A stretch of 64,000 bases of DNA from Rhynchopus sp. YZ270_cl-10 (taxonomy: Eukaryota): positions 1,488,001-1,552,000 of the forward strand of contig OZ037843.1 of NCBI GenBank assembly GCA_964035575.1, written 5' to 3'. The position numbers were made by a program, and so were the translations under genes. The notes beneath the pieces were generated by a model that saw nothing but the letters and a program-made list of their open reading frames with translations, did not search any database and had not been told where the DNA came from. Of this stretch, positions 34,250 to 45,070 are shown one piece after another (within the stretch, counting starts at the first letter, position 1; each line of letters starts with the position of its first letter).

Positions 34250-36378
34250 ATGGTGCGCTGCGAGCAGTACGTACGTGACGCGCTGTCCATGGATGGCACA
34301 CTCGACAGGGAAGCGCACAAGCGGCGCACACTGTTCTTCACGTACATCACAGCGTCTGGGTTGTGTTGTCTTGCGGCACTGACGCAACTAGAACTCCAGC
34401 TGAGTGTGCCTGCGTCTACTGTGGTCACAGTGGGGCTACCTCTGTTCTCTCTGTACGGGGCGGTGAATGTGCTCCTTAAGCGTGATCTGACGACGAGGAT
34501 TATCATGACAGTGTTGATGGCACACTTTGCGACGTTCATTATGTGGGATTTAGCTTCACGAGTGATGAACGGGGTTGAGTGGCCAGTGATCGTGCTTCTG
34601 GTGGACATTCTGCTTGTGATGCAGATGCCACAGCAGTACAGTACTTTTGTCGTGTGCTGTACCGTTGCTTGGTTTGTGCTGGTGGCAGTGGAGGAGAGCT
34701 TCAGGTTCGGGCTTTTCGAAATGCCTGGGTTGTTGCCACAGGAGGGTGAGGTGTACAGCAGGCGTGCATACCTGACAAAGTTGGTCGACTGTGAGACGCT
34801 GCCCTGTCCAGTGGACTTCCCACCTACAGGAATAGCCTCGTCAATTGGTGTCTTTATCATCGACTTTCTTGTGACACGTGGGTTCGCAGCGGCAGTGCGT
34901 GCTGAGCAGGCGTCAATGGAGCGGACGATCAACGCTGTGCAGGAGATTGCGTCGTTGCTCGCAAAGTACGATGTGGAAGGTGTGGCACGTATGCTTGCGG
35001 CATCTGCCTCAGAGCTGCCTGAGGAGATGTACGAGACGCTGCACACAATGGAGCAGAACCTGCGCCGCTACAAGCCCTACCTCCCTGCTGCGCTGTTTGA
35101 GGAGATGGAGGAGGTGGGTGGGATACAGCAGGGGCGTAGGTCTGTGGCACCACCTGGTCTGGCCAACGAGACTTCACAGACATACGTGCATCAACATCGA
35201 TCTGGGAACATGCACCTGAAGGGATGCGTGCTGGGCTGAAGATCCACAACACTGTGATACGCGAGGTGATGCAGATGTTTGGTGGGTACGAAGTGAAGAC
35301 AATTGGTGATGCCTTCATGGTTGCCTTCACATCAACACAGGACGGGGTGGACTTCGGCCTGCGTGTGCACGAACTCCTGCGTGAAGCTGTCTGGCCTGAT
35401 TCACTACTTGAGGATGCGGCGATCTGTGCTGAACAGGGACCACTTTGGGGAGGACTGACTGTGCGCATTGGTGTGAACACTGGCCCTGTGAGTATGGAGG
35501 AGAACGCACTGACGGGACGGACCGACTACTTTGGCCACACAGTGAACGTTGCTGCCCGCCTTGAGAGCACATGCAAGCCTGGTGCTGTGGCTGTGCCTTC
35601 TGACCTGTACACATCTGAGTGTAATTCTTCTGCTGTTGTTGGGGATGCGGAGGCACTGGACTTGAAGGGTGTGTCTGGGACAACGTTTGTGCAATGTGTG
35701 TGGCCTTTGTCACTTGCGGGTCGCAAGCACAGTCCCCTCAAAGAACCTGTCGTGCTGAAAGGGCCATCTGTTCGTGAGTTCGCGGCTTCCCTCAGCTTGA
35801 GATCCCACGCAAGTTCAGTTTTGGATCACAGCATGTGTGGTTACGGCAACGCTGCGACACTTCCGTTTGAGGCAACTGTGGGCACTGTGCATCTTGCTGG
35901 AGACGAGGAATGTGAACATACGCTCGACAAACTGAGTGTGGCCCTGACAACACTCACAGTGGCTCTGGACCAGAACGGTGGGACCTTGGTGACGCTGCTT
36001 GGGAGCCGTGTCTGTGTTGGGTGGAACCTGACCCGCCCAGCACCTGCACACATGGAGAACGCAGTGCTCTTTGCACAACGCCTTTTGGGGACTGCAGTGC
36101 TGGCTGGTGCAGGGCTTGTGACGGGTTCGGTGCTGCACGGAGATATTGGTGCTCGGAAGCAGCGCTTTGTGATTGTGATGGGGCAGACTGTGTATCGAAG
36201 CTGGACGCTGTGCGACACGGCACGGGAGGGGAGGCAGTGTTTGTACGAACCCCCGTTGGGGACTGTGCTTCCTGCTGCGTTGAAGCTGGCACTGCATGCT
36301 GAAGGTAAAGCGCATGATGGGTTGTACCGGGTCCTTGCGATGAGGAGTCGATTGTGCGAAGAGAAGGAGAAGACATGA
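34250..36378 (+). pseudogene. Multi-pass membrane adenylate cyclase (canonical catalytic domain plus C-terminal degenerate cyclase domain), frameshifted at ~35172
   Basis: N-terminal TM bundle; shifted frame from 35173 reads FTDIRASTSIWEHAPEGM...YEVKTIGDAFMVAF...VRIGVNTG...DYFGHTVNVAARLE; second domain has GLVTGSVLHGDIG. Confidence 0.85.
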
Positions 36379-36924
36379 GTCGTGTGTTGTGCCAACTTCC
36401 ATCTTGGTACAGCATGGGACGCCAAAACGTAAACACCACTTTCATTCAGAAAAAATATTTTTCTTCTGCTTTTTTCTTCCACGCGCGCTGGTTTTTGTGT
36501 ACGCTCATTTGGTCAAAAAGCTTCCCTAGTTTTGAGTGCGAAACGTTTTTCCATGTATTGCACGGGAAACAACATGACAAACAGGTGCAGGGTGGTTCCG
36601 TGCTTATCATAGAACCTGGCACCTTGTTGTGTCTCCCAAAAACCAAAAAGCGTTGTTGTGTGAAGTTTTGAAGGAAGGAAACATAAAAGGTGTGTAATTT
36701 GACACCCAAATTCCTTTTGCCATTTTACAATGGAAATAGTTATTGCCGTCAAATAGTATAATCTCGGGAAGCTTTGTGCTGAAACATGCAAATAACGAGA
36801 TTTTTTCCCATAAAAGGTTGGGCCTGGAGGACTGAGTACGCTTTTTTATGCCTCAAGTGGATCAGCAAGAATGAGGTGATGACAATACGCTATGATCTCT
36901 CACAACTCTCACAGAATATGGAGT

Positions 36925-37131
36925 CCATCTAGTAGCTGGTTCACTCCGAAGTTTCCCTCAGGATAGCTGGAACCAAAAAAGGAGTTACGCCAGGTAAAGC
37001 GAATGATTGGAGGAATTGGGGAAATCGCTTCCTCGACCTATTCTCAAACTTTAAATGGGCGTGAGCTCGGGGTATCTTATTTGTACCTGACGTAGAATCC
37101 TGGTTCTAAGTGGGCCACTTCTGGTAAGCAG
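36925..37131 (+). rRNA. Isolated ~207-bp fragment of LSU (28S) rDNA; not a functional rRNA gene
   Basis: Recognisable conserved 28S blocks CCATCTAGTAGCTGGTTC.CTCCGAAGTTTCCCTCAGGATAGCTGG, GGTAAAGCGAATGATT, CCTATTCTCAAACTTTAAATGGG, AGTGGGCCACTT.TGGTAAGCAG. Confidence 0.88.
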
Positions 37132-37651
37132 TATTCGCCTAAAACTCGGATTCGAAAAAAGGGCGAATCTGGTCCAAGAACTTTGGGATCCGAATATAGG
37201 GCGAATACGATTCGTCCTATATCCTCGGGGTATGCCCAGGGGTACCGCACCAACACCCATTGTCACATCCTTTTACACCTTTTCTCCCCATTACACTACA
37301 TTTCACACCCTCACACCCTATTACTCTTTTTGTGTTCAAAAAAATGAGGGGAGGAAACGCAAAAAAAAAAAAGAAACAAAAAGTTTAACTTCCCCCCATT
37401 TCATCCCATTTCACATGACTTTATTTGACCAACAAGCAAAGAGAAACGAGTCTCTCGGGCATTGTGACATTACTTTACATCTCACCCTCGGTTTCTCTCC
37501 TTGTGTACTGCGCGGTACAATAACTGCGTACTTTATTTCGCCGAACGCCGCAAGTCAAACACAAATTTTATGTACAGCCCTGGTCAGAGCGGGAATTTAT
37601 TTTTTTTTTGAATATTTTGACAACAGGACAGGACACACACCTCCCTCCACA

Positions 37652-39439
37652 ATGGTGCGCTGTGTGCAGTACGTACGTGACGCGCTGTCCATGGATGGCA
37701 CACTCGACAGGGAAGCACGCAAGCGGCGCACACTGTTCTTCACGTACGTCACAGTGTTTTGGATGGTTACGATATTTGGACAGTTTATGGGACTCGAGAT
37801 GAATATGCCTGTGTCCATGGTGGGCACAATGGTGCTGTTTTCGCTCTCGCTGTACGGGTCGGTTAGTGTTCTGCTGAAACGTGAGCTGACGACGAGGATT
37901 ATTATGCCAGTGTTGATGGCACACTTTACAGCGTTCATTGCATGGGATTATGCATCACGAGTGATTAACGTAATTGAGTGGCCGTTGATCGTGATTGTGG
38001 TGGACATGCTGCTTGTGATGCAGATGCCACAGCAGTACAGCATCTTCGTCGTGTGCTGTACCGTCGCTTGGTTTGTGCTGGCGGGGCTTGAGGAGAGCTT
38101 CAGGTTCGGGCTTTTCGACGTGCCCGGGTTGTTGCCACAGGATGGTGACAACGGCAGACGTGCACACTTCACAAAGTTGGTCGACTGTGAGACGCTGCCC
38201 TGTCCAGTGGACTTCCCACCCGAAGGATTCAGCACATCAATTGGTGTCTTTATCATCGACTTTCTTGTGACACGTGGGTTCGCAGCAGCAGTGCGTGCTG
38301 AGCAGGCGTCAATGGAGCGGACCATCGCAACAGTGCAGGACATCGCGTCGCTCCTTGCTGGCTACGATGTGGAGCAGGTGGCGGAGCTGCTGCAGGCTCA
38401 TGAGAAAGAGCTGCCCGAGGGGATGGCGGCAGCACTGCGGAAGCTGGAGCAGAACCTGCGTATGTACAAGGCGTACCTTCCGAAGACGTGTCTGCCGTTT
38501 GATGTGACGAAGGAATGTGTGGAACCTGATAGTGTGCTGGATGGTACTGACACACACAGTGCTGATCAAAGCACAGTCCCAACATCAGGATCGAGCACGT
38601 CTGCTGCAGCACGACACACCACCATACGGCTGCAGCCTCTCCTGCTCTCATCCACAAAGGCAACACTGCTGACACTGAACATCAAAGACACCCTGCACCG
38701 CCTGGAGGAGGACAGTGCACGCTTCTCCGACCTCTTCACAACTGTTCTTCTGAAGACCCTGCAGGCAACAGACAGCAGACGTGGGATGGTGGACGTCTTT
38801 GTTGGGGACAGGATCCACTGCTCGTTCAACACGTCGAAGCAGTGTGCGTCGCACGCAACCTCAGCACTGCACGCAGCAAGCATGCTCATGAGAGCTGGCC
38901 TGGCAGCCTCTGTGAACGTGGGTGTTGCAATGGGGACAGTGCTGCGTGGTGACATGGGTTGTGATGTGATGCGTCGCTTCAGCATGGTGGGGACACTTGT
39001 GCGTGACGTGCATGGGATGGAACGTGCAGGACGTATGCTGGGGTGCGACGTTCTCTGCAACCGTCTTTGCTTCAGCGATGCTGAGTGTGAACACGACTTG
39101 CGTCTGCTTCCGTGCAAGGTGGAAGTTGCCTCTGGCTGTGAGGTACAGGTTGTGGCTGAGCTGGTTTCGAAAGAACAAGAAACCTCAATTGCAGCAGACG
39201 AATGGATGTACCAGATAGGCGGGAAAAAACATTGGGAGGACTACAACATAGTGGTGCGTGGGTACCTGCGTGGTGAGAGTTGTGACACAGACGTTGCGAA
39301 GGCGTGGGTGGAGGCGGGTGGGAGTGGCACACCAGCACATGCAGTTCCTTCTGGGACGTGCAGTGTTCTGACGTCCTGTTTCACAATGACAAAAGGCGTC
39401 ACGACATCAGGAAGCACACTTGAGGTGTGCAACCTGTAA
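37652..39439 (+). CDS. Multi-pass membrane protein with degenerate class III cyclase domain
   Basis: ATG 37652 (MVRCVQYVRD); ~6 hydrophobic segments; coiled linker RAEQASMERTI; DVFVGDRIHCSFN, GVAMGTVLRGDMG, DEWMYQIG. Confidence 0.85.
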   Translation: MVRCVQYVRDALSMDGTLDREARKRRTLFFTYVTVFWMVTIFGQFMGLEMNMPVSMVGTMVLFSLSLYGSVSVLLKRELTTRIIMPVLMAHFTAFIAWDYASRVINVIEWPLIVIVVDMLLVMQMPQQYSIFVVCCTVAWFVLAGLEESFRFGLFDVPGLLPQDGDNGRRAHFTKLVDCETLPCPVDFPPEGFSTSIGVFIIDFLVTRGFAAAVRAEQASMERTIATVQDIASLLAGYDVEQVAELLQAHEKELPEGMAAALRKLEQNLRMYKAYLPKTCLPFDVTKECVEPDSVLDGTDTHSADQSTVPTSGSSTSAAARHTTIRLQPLLLSSTKATLLTLNIKDTLHRLEEDSARFSDLFTTVLLKTLQATDSRRGMVDVFVGDRIHCSFNTSKQCASHATSALHAASMLMRAGLAASVNVGVAMGTVLRGDMGCDVMRRFSMVGTLVRDVHGMERAGRMLGCDVLCNRLCFSDAECEHDLRLLPCKVEVASGCEVQVVAELVSKEQETSIAADEWMYQIGGKKHWEDYNIVVRGYLRGESCDTDVAKAWVEAGGSGTPAHAVPSGTCSVLTSCFTMTKGVTTSGSTLEVCNL

Positions 39440-39831
39440 CGCATATTGCAGGTGTGTCACTACCCCGACAGCGTGTTTTACAATACGCACAAAAGAGTAA
39501 AGTGTCGCGCAGCCTCTGGTTATGTAGTTCCGGTTCCTTTTAGTATTTAATTACTATGCAATTATTTCACCATAATTGCTACGAGGAGGTGTTTTTTTCA
39601 CGAGTGGTTAATTGCACGAGCGCAGCGAGTTCAATTAACAAAACGAGTGAAAAATACACCTCCGAGTGCAATTTTCTGTGAAATAATTGCATGGAATTTG
39701 ATATTTAATTGCCGTAAAATTATTTCCGAAAGCCAAAATCCGTTTTCGGCAGCCTGTGCTGTCACGGTGCGCTGGTCAGAGGTCTGACCAGGTCACCTGG
39801 TCACATTTACCCAGGTACGTACCCAGTCACC

Positions 39832-39989
39832 CAGGTACACAGGTACACAGGTACACAGGTACACAGGTACACAGGTACACAGGTACACAGGTACACAGGT
39901 ACACAGGTACACAGGTACACAGGTACACAGGTACACAGGTACACAGGTACACAGGTACACAGGTACACAGGTACACAGGTACACAGGTA
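39832..39989. repeat. (CAGGTACA)n microsatellite, ~19-20 units
   Basis: Perfect 8-bp tandem array. Confidence 0.97.
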
Positions 39990-40472
39990 AGTCGTGACAG
40001 GGCAACCACAGCCAACCCGCCAGTCACTGAGAAGTGACCAGACAGTCCACTTGACAAACACAAAAGTGTCCAGTCACGTGGGGCATTCATGCACTGAGGA
40101 GATAAATGATCCAACAATTTACAAGAAAGCATTACTTAACCTACTGCTGGAAGTTGCCAGGTCGTAGTAACACACAAAGTGTGCCTCCGTTCGGGAATAC
40201 CGGATATTCTAGAGACCAAAAAGGCCTCTTCCGCTGGTCAAGGTATAACCGAGTGAACGGCCCAAGACCCCCGTGGAGAAGTTAAATGTTGTAATGCTAT
40301 CAAGTACAAACTGCGACCACTGTCTTACCCTCCTAAATGCATGGTGGAAGATGTCTTTGACAACAAACCGAGCTCTGATTATCAATCGTTAGACTCAGAG
40401 GAATGCCTGCGGTACAGGTATCAAACCCGGGGTGTTCACAAAAGAAAAAAAGAAAAAAAATCGCGATTTTTT

Positions 40473-40567
40473 TTTTAGCCGGGTTTCCCACACAAAAAAT
40501 AATTACCGTGTAATTATTTCCTATAATTACACGGTAATTATTTTTTGTGTGGGAAACCCGGCTAAAA
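40473..40567. repeat. ~95-bp perfect palindrome (hairpin MITE)
   Basis: TTTTAGCCGGGTTTCCCACACAAAAAATAATTACCGTGTAATTAT, short loop, then the reverse complement. Confidence 0.85.
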
Positions 40568-41344
40568 TACCTCCACTGCAATTATTTCCAGACGTCAATT
40601 ATGGCATTCTTAAAACTCCGCTCCTAGAAGGATTTTGGCTTGAGGAAATAATTTTACGGCTATTAAATTAATTTTTTATAAGACATGCGTGCATTTCTAG
40701 AAGAAGTTTTCAGTATCCACGAGTCGTTTTTCCCTCCCGTGCTCCCCATCTCTCGCACATACATTACATCTTCATCAGGAAAATTGTCAATCTTTCGTTC
40801 ATTATTGTGAACAGCGTTTGGTGTTTTCAGAGATTTATGTGCCATAGTAGAACTGAGGCTCAACCTCACTTTTGAAAAATATATTTGTTGTGACTGAGTG
40901 TGGGGATGCGTTCAAGAATTAAACTCTTCCCCTCCAAACCCCCTTTTTCGTCTCTGGTTTTCTTTATCCAAACGTCGAGTGGACGCGTGAAAATTTGACC
41001 TGGTCAGTTGTCCCGTTTTTTCACCCACCCAACCGGAACCAACACAGCCCATCTGGGCCGACTTGGGGACAATTATACCCAATTATACCCAATTACGCCC
41101 AATTACAGCCCAATTACACCCAGTCGCACCACGAGTACAACTCAGGTGTTTTTTGGGGGGCTTACCAGGGGGTGACCTGTTTTGCTTGCTCACACGGTGG
41201 AGTCCAGACTCTGAGCGGGTTACAGCGTGCCCAAGAAGCCTGTGTGAACACGCTGTGTCTTACATATATTCCTTGATTTGTGATTTCCCTGACCCACCCA
41301 CACCCAGCTATGCACACACAACAGGACACACACCTCCCTCCACA

Positions 41345-43123
41345 ATGGTGCGCTGTGTGCAGTACGTACGTGACGCGCTGTCCATGGATGGCACACTCGA
41401 CAGGGAAGCGCACAAGCGGCGCACACTGTTCTTCACGTACATCACAGCGTCTGGGTTGTGTTGTCTTGCGGCACTGACGCAACTAGAACTCCAGCTGAGT
41501 GTGCCTGCGTCTACTGTGGTCACAGTGGGGCTACCTCTGTTCTCTCTGTACGGGGCGGTGAATGTGCTCCTTAAGCGTGATCTGACGACGAGGATTATCA
41601 TGACAGTGTTGATGGCACACTTTGCGACGTTCATTATGTGGGATTTAGCTTCACGAGTGATGAACGGGGTTGAGTGGCCAGTGATCGTGCTTCTGGTGGA
41701 CATTCTGCTTGTGATGCAGATGCCACAGCAGTACAGTACTTTTGTCGTGTGCTGTACCGTTGCTTGGTTTGTGCTGGTGGCAGTGGAGGAGAGCTTCAGG
41801 TTCGGGCTTTTCGAAATGCCTGGGTTGTTGCCACAGGAGGGTGAGGTGTACAGCAGGCGTGCATACCTGACAAAGTTGGTCGACTGTGAGACGCTGCCCT
41901 GTCCAGTGGACTTCCCACCTACAGGAATGGCCTCGTCAATTGGTGTCTTTATCATCGACTTTCTTGTGACACGTGGGTTCGCAGCGGCAGTGCGTGCTGA
42001 GCAGGCGTCAATGGAGCGGACCATCGCAACAGTGCAGGAGATCGCGTCGCTCCTTGCTGGCTACGATGTGGAGCAGGTGGCGGAGCTGCTGCAGGCTCAT
42101 GAGAAAGAGCTGCCCGAGGGGATGGCGGCAGCACTGCGGAAGCTGGAGCAGAACCTGCGTATGTACAAGGCGTACCTCCCGCAGACGTGTCTGCCGTTTG
42201 ATGAGGACGTGGTGTCACGTGGTTCTGATGACACGATGTCGTGCGCGTCTGTGCCTACCCCAGTATCCCTGAAGTTACCTGTGTTCGCTGCCCACAAGCC
42301 CATTGCCACACATGTGCAGCCCCTCCTGCTCTCATCCACAAAGGCAACACTGCTGACACTGAACATCAAAGACACCCTGCACCGCCTGGAGGAGGACAGT
42401 GCACGCTTCTCCGACCTCTTCACAACTGTTCTTCTGAAGACCCTGCAGGCAACAGACAACAGACGTGGGATGGTGGACGTCTTTGTTGGTGACAGGATCC
42501 ACTGCTCGTTCAACACGTCGAAGCAGTGTGCGTCGCACGCAACCTCAGCACTGCACGCAGCAAGCATGCTCATGAGAGCTGGCCTGGCAGCCTCTGTGAG
42601 CGTGGGTGTTGCAATGGGGACAGTGCTGCGTGGTGACATGGGTTGTGAGGTGATGCGTCGCTTCAGCATGGTGGGGACACTTGTGCGTGACGTGCACGGG
42701 ATGGAACGTGCAGGACGTATGCTGGGGTGCGACGTTCTCTGCAACCGTCTTTGCTTCAGCGATGCTGAGTGTGAACACGACTTGCGTCTGCTTCCGTGCA
42801 AGGTGGAGGTTGCCTCTGGCTGTGAGGCACAACCTGTGGCTGAGCTGGTTTCGAAGCAAGAAGAAACCTTAACTGCAACAAAAGAATGGATGTACCAGAT
42901 CGGTGGGAAGCAGCATTGGGAGGACTACAACACAGTGGTGCGTGGGTACCTGCGTGGTGAGAGTTGTGACACAGACGTTGCGAAGGCGTGGGTGGAGGCG
43001 GGTGGGAGTGGCACACCAGCACATGCAGTTCCTTCTGGGACGTGCAGTGTTCTGACGTCCTGTTTCACAATGACGAAAGACGTCACGACATCAGGAAGCA
43101 CACTTGAGGTGTGCGACCTGTAA
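41345..43123 (+). CDS. Multi-pass membrane protein with degenerate cyclase domain; TM module near-identical to the 34250 gene
   Basis: ATG 41345; N-half matches 34250-34928, C-half matches the 37652, 48334 and 50623 genes. Confidence 0.85.
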   Translation: MVRCVQYVRDALSMDGTLDREAHKRRTLFFTYITASGLCCLAALTQLELQLSVPASTVVTVGLPLFSLYGAVNVLLKRDLTTRIIMTVLMAHFATFIMWDLASRVMNGVEWPVIVLLVDILLVMQMPQQYSTFVVCCTVAWFVLVAVEESFRFGLFEMPGLLPQEGEVYSRRAYLTKLVDCETLPCPVDFPPTGMASSIGVFIIDFLVTRGFAAAVRAEQASMERTIATVQEIASLLAGYDVEQVAELLQAHEKELPEGMAAALRKLEQNLRMYKAYLPQTCLPFDEDVVSRGSDDTMSCASVPTPVSLKLPVFAAHKPIATHVQPLLLSSTKATLLTLNIKDTLHRLEEDSARFSDLFTTVLLKTLQATDNRRGMVDVFVGDRIHCSFNTSKQCASHATSALHAASMLMRAGLAASVSVGVAMGTVLRGDMGCEVMRRFSMVGTLVRDVHGMERAGRMLGCDVLCNRLCFSDAECEHDLRLLPCKVEVASGCEAQPVAELVSKQEETLTATKEWMYQIGGKQHWEDYNTVVRGYLRGESCDTDVAKAWVEAGGSGTPAHAVPSGTCSVLTSCFTMTKDVTTSGSTLEVCDL

Positions 43124-43612
43124 CACATATTGCAGGTGTGTCACTACCCCGACAGCGTGTTTTACAATACGCAAAAGGGTAACGTGTTAGCGCAGCCTCG
43201 TGCTTATGGAGTTCCGGTTACAAAATTCAATTTTTCTCTATTTGCAATCCGTTTCCGCCCAATCCTTTTAGTGTATTTAGTGTTTTGTGAAGCCGATATT
43301 TGAGTGGCAGCATGACAGTTGTTCTAACTGTGCAAAAGCATTTTGTACAGTTATAACAGCATGAAAGGGTTTTCGATAATATTGTTTTCCTGTTGTCGAA
43401 AACCGGGAGCTATTTATTGTCGCATGATACCAGCTCATAAAAAAGTGGATTTGCACGACTGTGGCAACACAACCAGGGCAACTACACTACTCCAACAATT
43501 TATCAAAAAAAAAAAGCAAAAAGTACAAAAAAAAATGCAATAATGCATTGTCTCTTGACCACTCGACCTCATGCTCCGTAGCACCGCAACACAACGCAGA
43601 TTTAATTCAACT

Positions 43613-44977
43613 ATGCTGAGACTGCTCTGTACCGCGGCAGCTGTGATGGCCTGTGTGGCCGGGCCCATAGGCACACCCTCGCTGTCGGGGTACCCGCTTC
43701 GCAACGCCTTTGATAAGAACCGCACCTCCGTGTACCTTTCGCAGCTGTACGTACCTGCCGAGGTTGGTTACGACTTTGGGGTCAACACGGTGGTTACGTC
43801 CTACAATATCACCTACTCCGGTGGGGACATCACGACACGCTCACCCAATGACTTCACCTTGCAGGGATATGACGGGACGTGGAACGTCATTGACCAACGC
43901 TACAACCAGAACGCCGCGATGTGGGCTTCCTCTGGGAACGAACGGTTGTATTCTGTATCACGACCTGGGAACTACACGCAGTACAAGCTGGTGGTGACGG
44001 ACGACAACGACGCGCGGAGTGGCGTGGTGACCATTTCCATTGGCGAGCTCACCTTCAACACATACGGTGGCGATGCTGTCGAAACGCCGTTGGATTTGCC
44101 ACCTCCCTCCACACCTGGACCACCTTCCACCCCTATGCCCACCGACCGTTGCAGCAACCCTGGCATCATTCGTGGATCCTTCTACGAAGGCTTATCTGGA
44201 CCAGACTGCTGGGAGATCCGCTGCGGCTATGGGCACGAATACGTTGAGATCACCCTCGTGAACTTTATTTCCAACATGACTCTCTGCGCTACTGACGCAG
44301 CATCCGAGAGAACCTGTCTCGAAGAAGGTTCCGTCGTGACACTACCCATCCCACTGGTGCTCGCGGCGGAGGGTGAGCAGAGGCAGCAGGGCCGCATCGA
44401 GGTGAGGTACTCATGTGAGGGGCCATCCACCGCAGCGCCGTCAAATGGATTCGGAGAAGATTCAGGGAAAAAGGCGATGATAGTGACGTTGTCTGTGGGT
44501 GTTCCTTTTGTAGTGTTGATGGTGTGTTGTAGCTGCTGTTTGCGGAAGCGGGCTGAGAAGAGACAGAACGACGACAACGTGACAGTTGTCATTCCGACCG
44601 AGCCAGTCGCAGTGCCTGCAGAAAGCGACAAAACGGAAATGGAAGTTCGTCCCCCCATGCCGTCAGCACCCCCAGCATCTCCAGCACCCCCAGCGTGCGG
44701 AGTGTCGGGTGATGGATTCTATCTGCCAGAGAAGCGTCTACCCGCCGAAGAAATCCCGTCTGAGCTACTCTGTAGCATTTCTTCGCAACTCATGGTCTGC
44801 CCCGTGAGTTGCGTCTGCACCCCGTCTCCGCATACCTTTGACAGAGATGCTATTGAGGCGAGTTTGAAACGGTACCCCTGGTGCCCCGTGTCGCGCCGCT
44901 CACTCCGGGCAAGCGATCTCACACTGAACACCGAGATAGACGCCTTGCTGCAGAAGTTCAACAGCAGACAACATTGA
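43613..44977 (+). CDS. Type I membrane protein with cytoplasmic U-box (putative E3 ubiquitin ligase)
   Basis: Signal peptide MLRLLCTAAAVMACVA (alternative ATG at 43571); F5/8-discoidin-like ectodomain (NAFD...SPNDFTLQGYDGTWNVID...YTQYKLVVT...ISIGEL); Cys-rich segment; TM MIVTLSVGVPFVVLMVCC; U-box PSELLCSISSQLMVCPV...HTFDRDAIE...CPVSRRSL...L.LN. Confidence 0.8.
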   Translation: MLRLLCTAAAVMACVAGPIGTPSLSGYPLRNAFDKNRTSVYLSQLYVPAEVGYDFGVNTVVTSYNITYSGGDITTRSPNDFTLQGYDGTWNVIDQRYNQNAAMWASSGNERLYSVSRPGNYTQYKLVVTDDNDARSGVVTISIGELTFNTYGGDAVETPLDLPPPSTPGPPSTPMPTDRCSNPGIIRGSFYEGLSGPDCWEIRCGYGHEYVEITLVNFISNMTLCATDAASERTCLEEGSVVTLPIPLVLAAEGEQRQQGRIEVRYSCEGPSTAAPSNGFGEDSGKKAMIVTLSVGVPFVVLMVCCSCCLRKRAEKRQNDDNVTVVIPTEPVAVPAESDKTEMEVRPPMPSAPPASPAPPACGVSGDGFYLPEKRLPAEEIPSELLCSISSQLMVCPVSCVCTPSPHTFDRDAIEASLKRYPWCPVSRRSLRASDLTLNTEIDALLQKFNSRQH

Positions 44978-45070
44978 TGCGGAGGGGGTCGGAGGGGCGG
45001 GATGCTGACCATGCACCCTGGTGACAGCTGAAAATAATGATTTTTTGAATCATGTTTTTCCATGTTCACC

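Noticed and set aside
36925..37131. Functional rRNA locus
   Set aside because: Only ~207 bp; flanks lack the adjacent conserved LSU sequence
40889..40920. tRNA or tRNA-derived SINE (TGACTGAGTGTGG...GTTCAAG; also ~27711, ~47485)
   Set aside because: Box A/B-like motifs are too close together and no cloverleaf forms; treated as duplicated intergenic sequence
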